From the NCBI GenBank assembly GCA_000002435.2, contig CM018793.1: a DNA stretch of 64,000 nucleotides; one strand, 5' to 3'. The notes beneath the pieces were generated by a model. That model was not told the origin of the DNA and made no database searches. It saw only the letters and a program-made list of their open reading frames with translations. The first letter of the stretch is position 1. Every line of letters starts with the position of its first letter. The position numbers were made by a program, and so were the translations under genes. This DNA comes from Giardia intestinalis (taxonomy: Eukaryota). This document shows, piece after piece, positions 61,099 to 64,000 of this stretch.

Positions 61099-64000
61099 AT
61101 GCAAGAGCTGGCATCTGCTATTCGTCTTTCTTGCTCCACACTCCAGCAAGAGCTAATGCAAGCGCAGGAAGTTGTTGCTAGGCTAAAGAACTCCAACGAA
61201 TTCGATCAAATTTGCATTTCTCTGATTGAGAACTATTCGGCTCTTAATTTGGAGCCACAACATGTCTTTGCCGTCGTGATCCAGCTCCGTTTATGGGTTA
61301 AGGTTGAGGATAATATCAAGGGAGTCGGGGAACTTGTAGCCTTCAGTGAGAAGCTTATTGTGCTGGCCCACTCCGCATTGAATGTTCAGATCCTAAAGCT
61401 TATTGCAGAGACACTTGCTTTAGCAATCGCGCACATTGACACTCCTACTTTGTGTACCCTTGTTTCCAAGCATATTGGAACACTTATTGCAAACAGCTCT
61501 GTGACGCTCACCGAGGACGCCTACCTCAAGGAGCCCTTGCCGATTGGCAACGTTACGACTAACTCCGCATACATCCAGAAGCTTGCAAGTATTTACATTC
61601 TAGCAACGGTCGTAGCTCGCTTCCGTACAGTGACAAACAACCGCAACAGGCTCGACCAGATTTTATCTGCAGATTGCATTAATGGCCTTTTGAAGAATAT
61701 CAGGACATCAGGGAGTTTCGTAGCTCGCTCTGCCGCAGATTACGCCTTTCAGTACAGTTTGATGATATTTACATATTCTTTTTCACCAATGATTGTGACA
61801 ACTATTTGCATGCAGATCGAAGAGATCTACTACACTATCCATAAGGCTTTTGAGCACACGCTAGCCGACGGACAGTACCTCCAGTCGTCTCTTTACACGG
61901 TAATAATCTTTATCATTTTCTATCAAAACCTATGGCTGGCTGAGTTCAGGGTTAGAAACCGGCCGCTGGCTATGCGTACCACTGAACTAAATGCCCTCTT
62001 GGAGTTTTGGAAGACCCATAGGCTCAATGATAGCATCTTCCAGCTCATGCTGAGTTGCTTGGAGTTTTTCTCGAACATGATGTTGAAGCCCTTGCCCATG
62101 TCCTTGCACAATGTGACCTGCGAACACGTCCTCGGCTTAATATATAGCTTTATTTCAGTGATTGTGAAATCTATTGATCCGGTGTCCCAGTTAGACAACA
62201 TTATGCATCTCACCAAAAGAATTCTTTCGATCAGCGACATGCTCATGCACAAGGTTCTCGGTGACTATCTATCTCAGTCGAGTCTTTGCGAGCAGCAGAA
62301 GCCAATAAAGTTGTTCTCAAGGGAGCCCAAGGAAATAGCTGCTCTTGCTACGGAAGAGGTGGAAGAGCTGTTTTATGTTACGTTTGGGTCATCCGTGAGC
62401 ATGACAAAAAAAGACGCCGAGGAAGCTGAGCAGCTGTCTCAGATCGATGTCGGCATAGACTTTAAGATACTACTAGATGAGATTGTCAAAACAAATGCAA
62501 GTGTGATGAAAGTTTTGTCCGAGGGAGAGCTTCAGATGATACTCACCAAGTTGTCTGAGATGGCGAAGCAGCTTCTCCACGGACCTGTCGCCGCAGCATC
62601 CCAGTTAGGTCCGCTCACTCGGATAATTTCAATTGACAACACGTCTACTGTAGAGTTTTTCATTGCTCTTACGAATGCACCAGGCGCACTCCTTCAACTA
62701 TGCAAGATAGTCCCGGATGCAGAAAGCCATGAATTTAATAACAGGGTAGGAGAGCTTATCAATCTACTGCTGAGCATAGGTCCTTATCTCTCGTCGTTTT
62801 TAAACAGCAGGATCTTTTGGCTGATAAATGAGTTCATGACGGGTAACATCATCATCAACGAATCGTTGCTGCTGCCTATGCTGCCCATGCCCATCCTGCA
62901 GCATCTCGAGAATAGCAAGAGTAGCACCGAAGCCTACCTAGCTATCGTCTTGTGCAAAAGCCTCATGACCCGTCTCTATATCTCGATAGAGTTTCAGAAG
63001 GATGATCCTAGCACAGATGTTTCTTCCCTGCTTAGCAATATTCAGCCGTCTGTGATGATAAGCTCCCTGGCCACAATGCTTGCAAGGGTTCCTTCTGACG
63101 CTACGTTTCACGCCGACCTATTTGAGTTGCTAACCTCTTCGTTGGAGGTTTGCAGCTTCATAGACCCGGTGAGTACTAATCAGTGCTTAGAGATGCTTCT
63201 ACGGTCGATTGTCCAAGGCTGGGAAGCCCAAGCCCCCGGATATGCGGTGTTTGATGACTACTACAGGCAGAACGATACAATACACCCGTCCCTCCTTACA
63301 ACCAGCAATATTCTGGCGACCGTCACGACCATTTGCATCTCAGCTTCGATCCCGTTGTCGCATGCCTTCTTCTGCTATGTCTGCTCTCTTGTCAAGCACA
63401 TTTTTTGTTTTCTGCATCCAATTCTGGAGTTCGCCTACTCCAACCTTCTAACGACTGCTGTATCAGCCCTGAGTGCAGTCTATAGCTCAAAGAGCATCTA
63501 CCACCAAGAGGATGCTATCAAGCAAGCCATAACCCGCCAGCTCCTAGCAACCATAGTTGAATTCGTCTTGCAATATGATGAGGAGTTCGATCTTCTTCCA
63601 GAGTGCCTTCCTCTATTCATCACTATGACTAATTATTTGGGAGTTGTTGGGGATAAAGAGGTGATTAGCTTTATCCAGAGTTCGTTCACACTGCAATTAG
63701 CTGCTAGCCCTGACTATCTCTTCACGTCTAGATTGTTGTCTGGTGCATACTTCGCAGGATTGTTGACAAATTTCCTAATGGCATCTCCAGGGACGGATAG
63801 CTCCCTCAGATTACCGCCAGACAGCTACATAGCGATTGTAGACGCAGCAATGGGCTCCTTTTTCGATATTACCGTCTCTAGTAGGCAGGGATACTCGACT
63901 ATAGAGCAGCACATCTGCGCCCTTCTGTACATGTCCCTTGCTGCTGCTGCCCTTCTAGTTACAACCACACATAGCCTAATCTATTTTGAGAAGTATTCGT
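61099..64000 (+). CDS. Hypothetical protein, 5'-complete and 3'-partial, with at least 967 codons that run off the window end. It is not in the supplied ORF track
   Basis: Translated codon by codon from the ATG at 61099 (MQELASAIRLSCSTLQQELMQAQ...) to 64000 without meeting a stop. The start lies 11 nt (ACAAAAATAAA) after the upstream stop. Confidence 0.8.
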   Translation, partial: MQELASAIRLSCSTLQQELMQAQEVVARLKNSNEFDQICISLIENYSALNLEPQHVFAVVIQLRLWVKVEDNIKGVGELVAFSEKLIVLAHSALNVQILKLIAETLALAIAHIDTPTLCTLVSKHIGTLIANSSVTLTEDAYLKEPLPIGNVTTNSAYIQKLASIYILATVVARFRTVTNNRNRLDQILSADCINGLLKNIRTSGSFVARSAADYAFQYSLMIFTYSFSPMIVTTICMQIEEIYYTIHKAFEHTLADGQYLQSSLYTVIIFIIFYQNLWLAEFRVRNRPLAMRTTELNALLEFWKTHRLNDSIFQLMLSCLEFFSNMMLKPLPMSLHNVTCEHVLGLIYSFISVIVKSIDPVSQLDNIMHLTKRILSISDMLMHKVLGDYLSQSSLCEQQKPIKLFSREPKEIAALATEEVEELFYVTFGSSVSMTKKDAEEAEQLSQIDVGIDFKILLDEIVKTNASVMKVLSEGELQMILTKLSEMAKQLLHGPVAAASQLGPLTRIISIDNTSTVEFFIALTNAPGALLQLCKIVPDAESHEFNNRVGELINLLLSIGPYLSSFLNSRIFWLINEFMTGNIIINESLLLPMLPMPILQHLENSKSSTEAYLAIVLCKSLMTRLYISIEFQKDDPSTDVSSLLSNIQPSVMISSLATMLARVPSDATFHADLFELLTSSLEVCSFIDPVSTNQCLEMLLRSIVQGWEAQAPGYAVFDDYYRQNDTIHPSLLTTSNILATVTTICISASIPLSHAFFCYVCSLVKHIFCFLHPILEFAYSNLLTTAVSALSAVYSSKSIYHQEDAIKQAITRQLLATIVEFVLQYDEEFDLLPECLPLFITMTNYLGVVGDKEVISFIQSSFTLQLAASPDYLFTSRLLSGAYFAGLLTNFLMASPGTDSSLRLPPDSYIAIVDAAMGSFFDITVSSRQGYSTIEQHICALLYMSLAAAALLVTTTHSLIYFEKYS

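Noticed and set aside
1-64000. CRISPR arrays, rRNA genes, telomeric TAGGG repeats and GilM/GilT-type retrotransposon ORFs (RT or endonuclease)
   Set aside because: None were seen. The only repeats are the 1835-bp VSP tandem and the large palindrome, and no RT or endonuclease motifs were found in any long ORF.

Overview
The window reads as nuclear DNA of Giardia intestinalis (syn. G. lamblia), a eukaryotic diplomonad. Three things support this: cysteine-rich CXXC surface-protein genes ending in the invariant VSP tail '...CRGKA', tightly packed intronless genes with 7-70 nt AT-rich spacers, and AGTRAAY poly(A) signals 5-15 nt after stop codons. The layout is as follows.
(1) 1-9186: a head-to-tail tandem array of at least 5 near-identical 1835-bp units. 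Each unit carries a VSP (variant-specific surface protein) body that lacks both an in-frame ATG and a signal peptide, but keeps the TM-CRGKA tail and the poly(A) signal.
(2) 9187-14352: a very GC-rich island with an intact high-cysteine membrane protein gene and a frameshift-riddled cysteine-rich pseudogene.
(3) 14.5-48.8 kb: a dense block of ordinary housekeeping genes: PHD-finger protein, HAD phosphatase, ankyrin 21.1-like, Dim1 rRNA dimethylase, DnaJ/TPR, SLC35F6-like, eIF2-beta, nicotinate phosphoribosyltransferase, tRNA-Val, a RING/B-box protein, a NIPA-like transporter, a thioredoxin-fold protein, an MFS transporter, Vps26, RPL8 and several coiled-coil and hypothetical proteins.
(4) 48864-56025: a 7.2-kb palindromic structure with two perfect 2788-bp inverted arms around a 1.6-kb T-poor spacer. 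Each arm carries a tRNA-Gly(GCC) and a frameshifted, 3'-truncated VSP pseudogene. The right outer end lies inside the 3' coding end of a coiled-coil gene.
(5) 55.8-64 kb: three large genes in a row. One is a >=967-codon ORF that runs off the window and is absent from the supplied ORF track.
The track uses GTG/TTG as start codons. Real ATG starts were re-derived where they differ.
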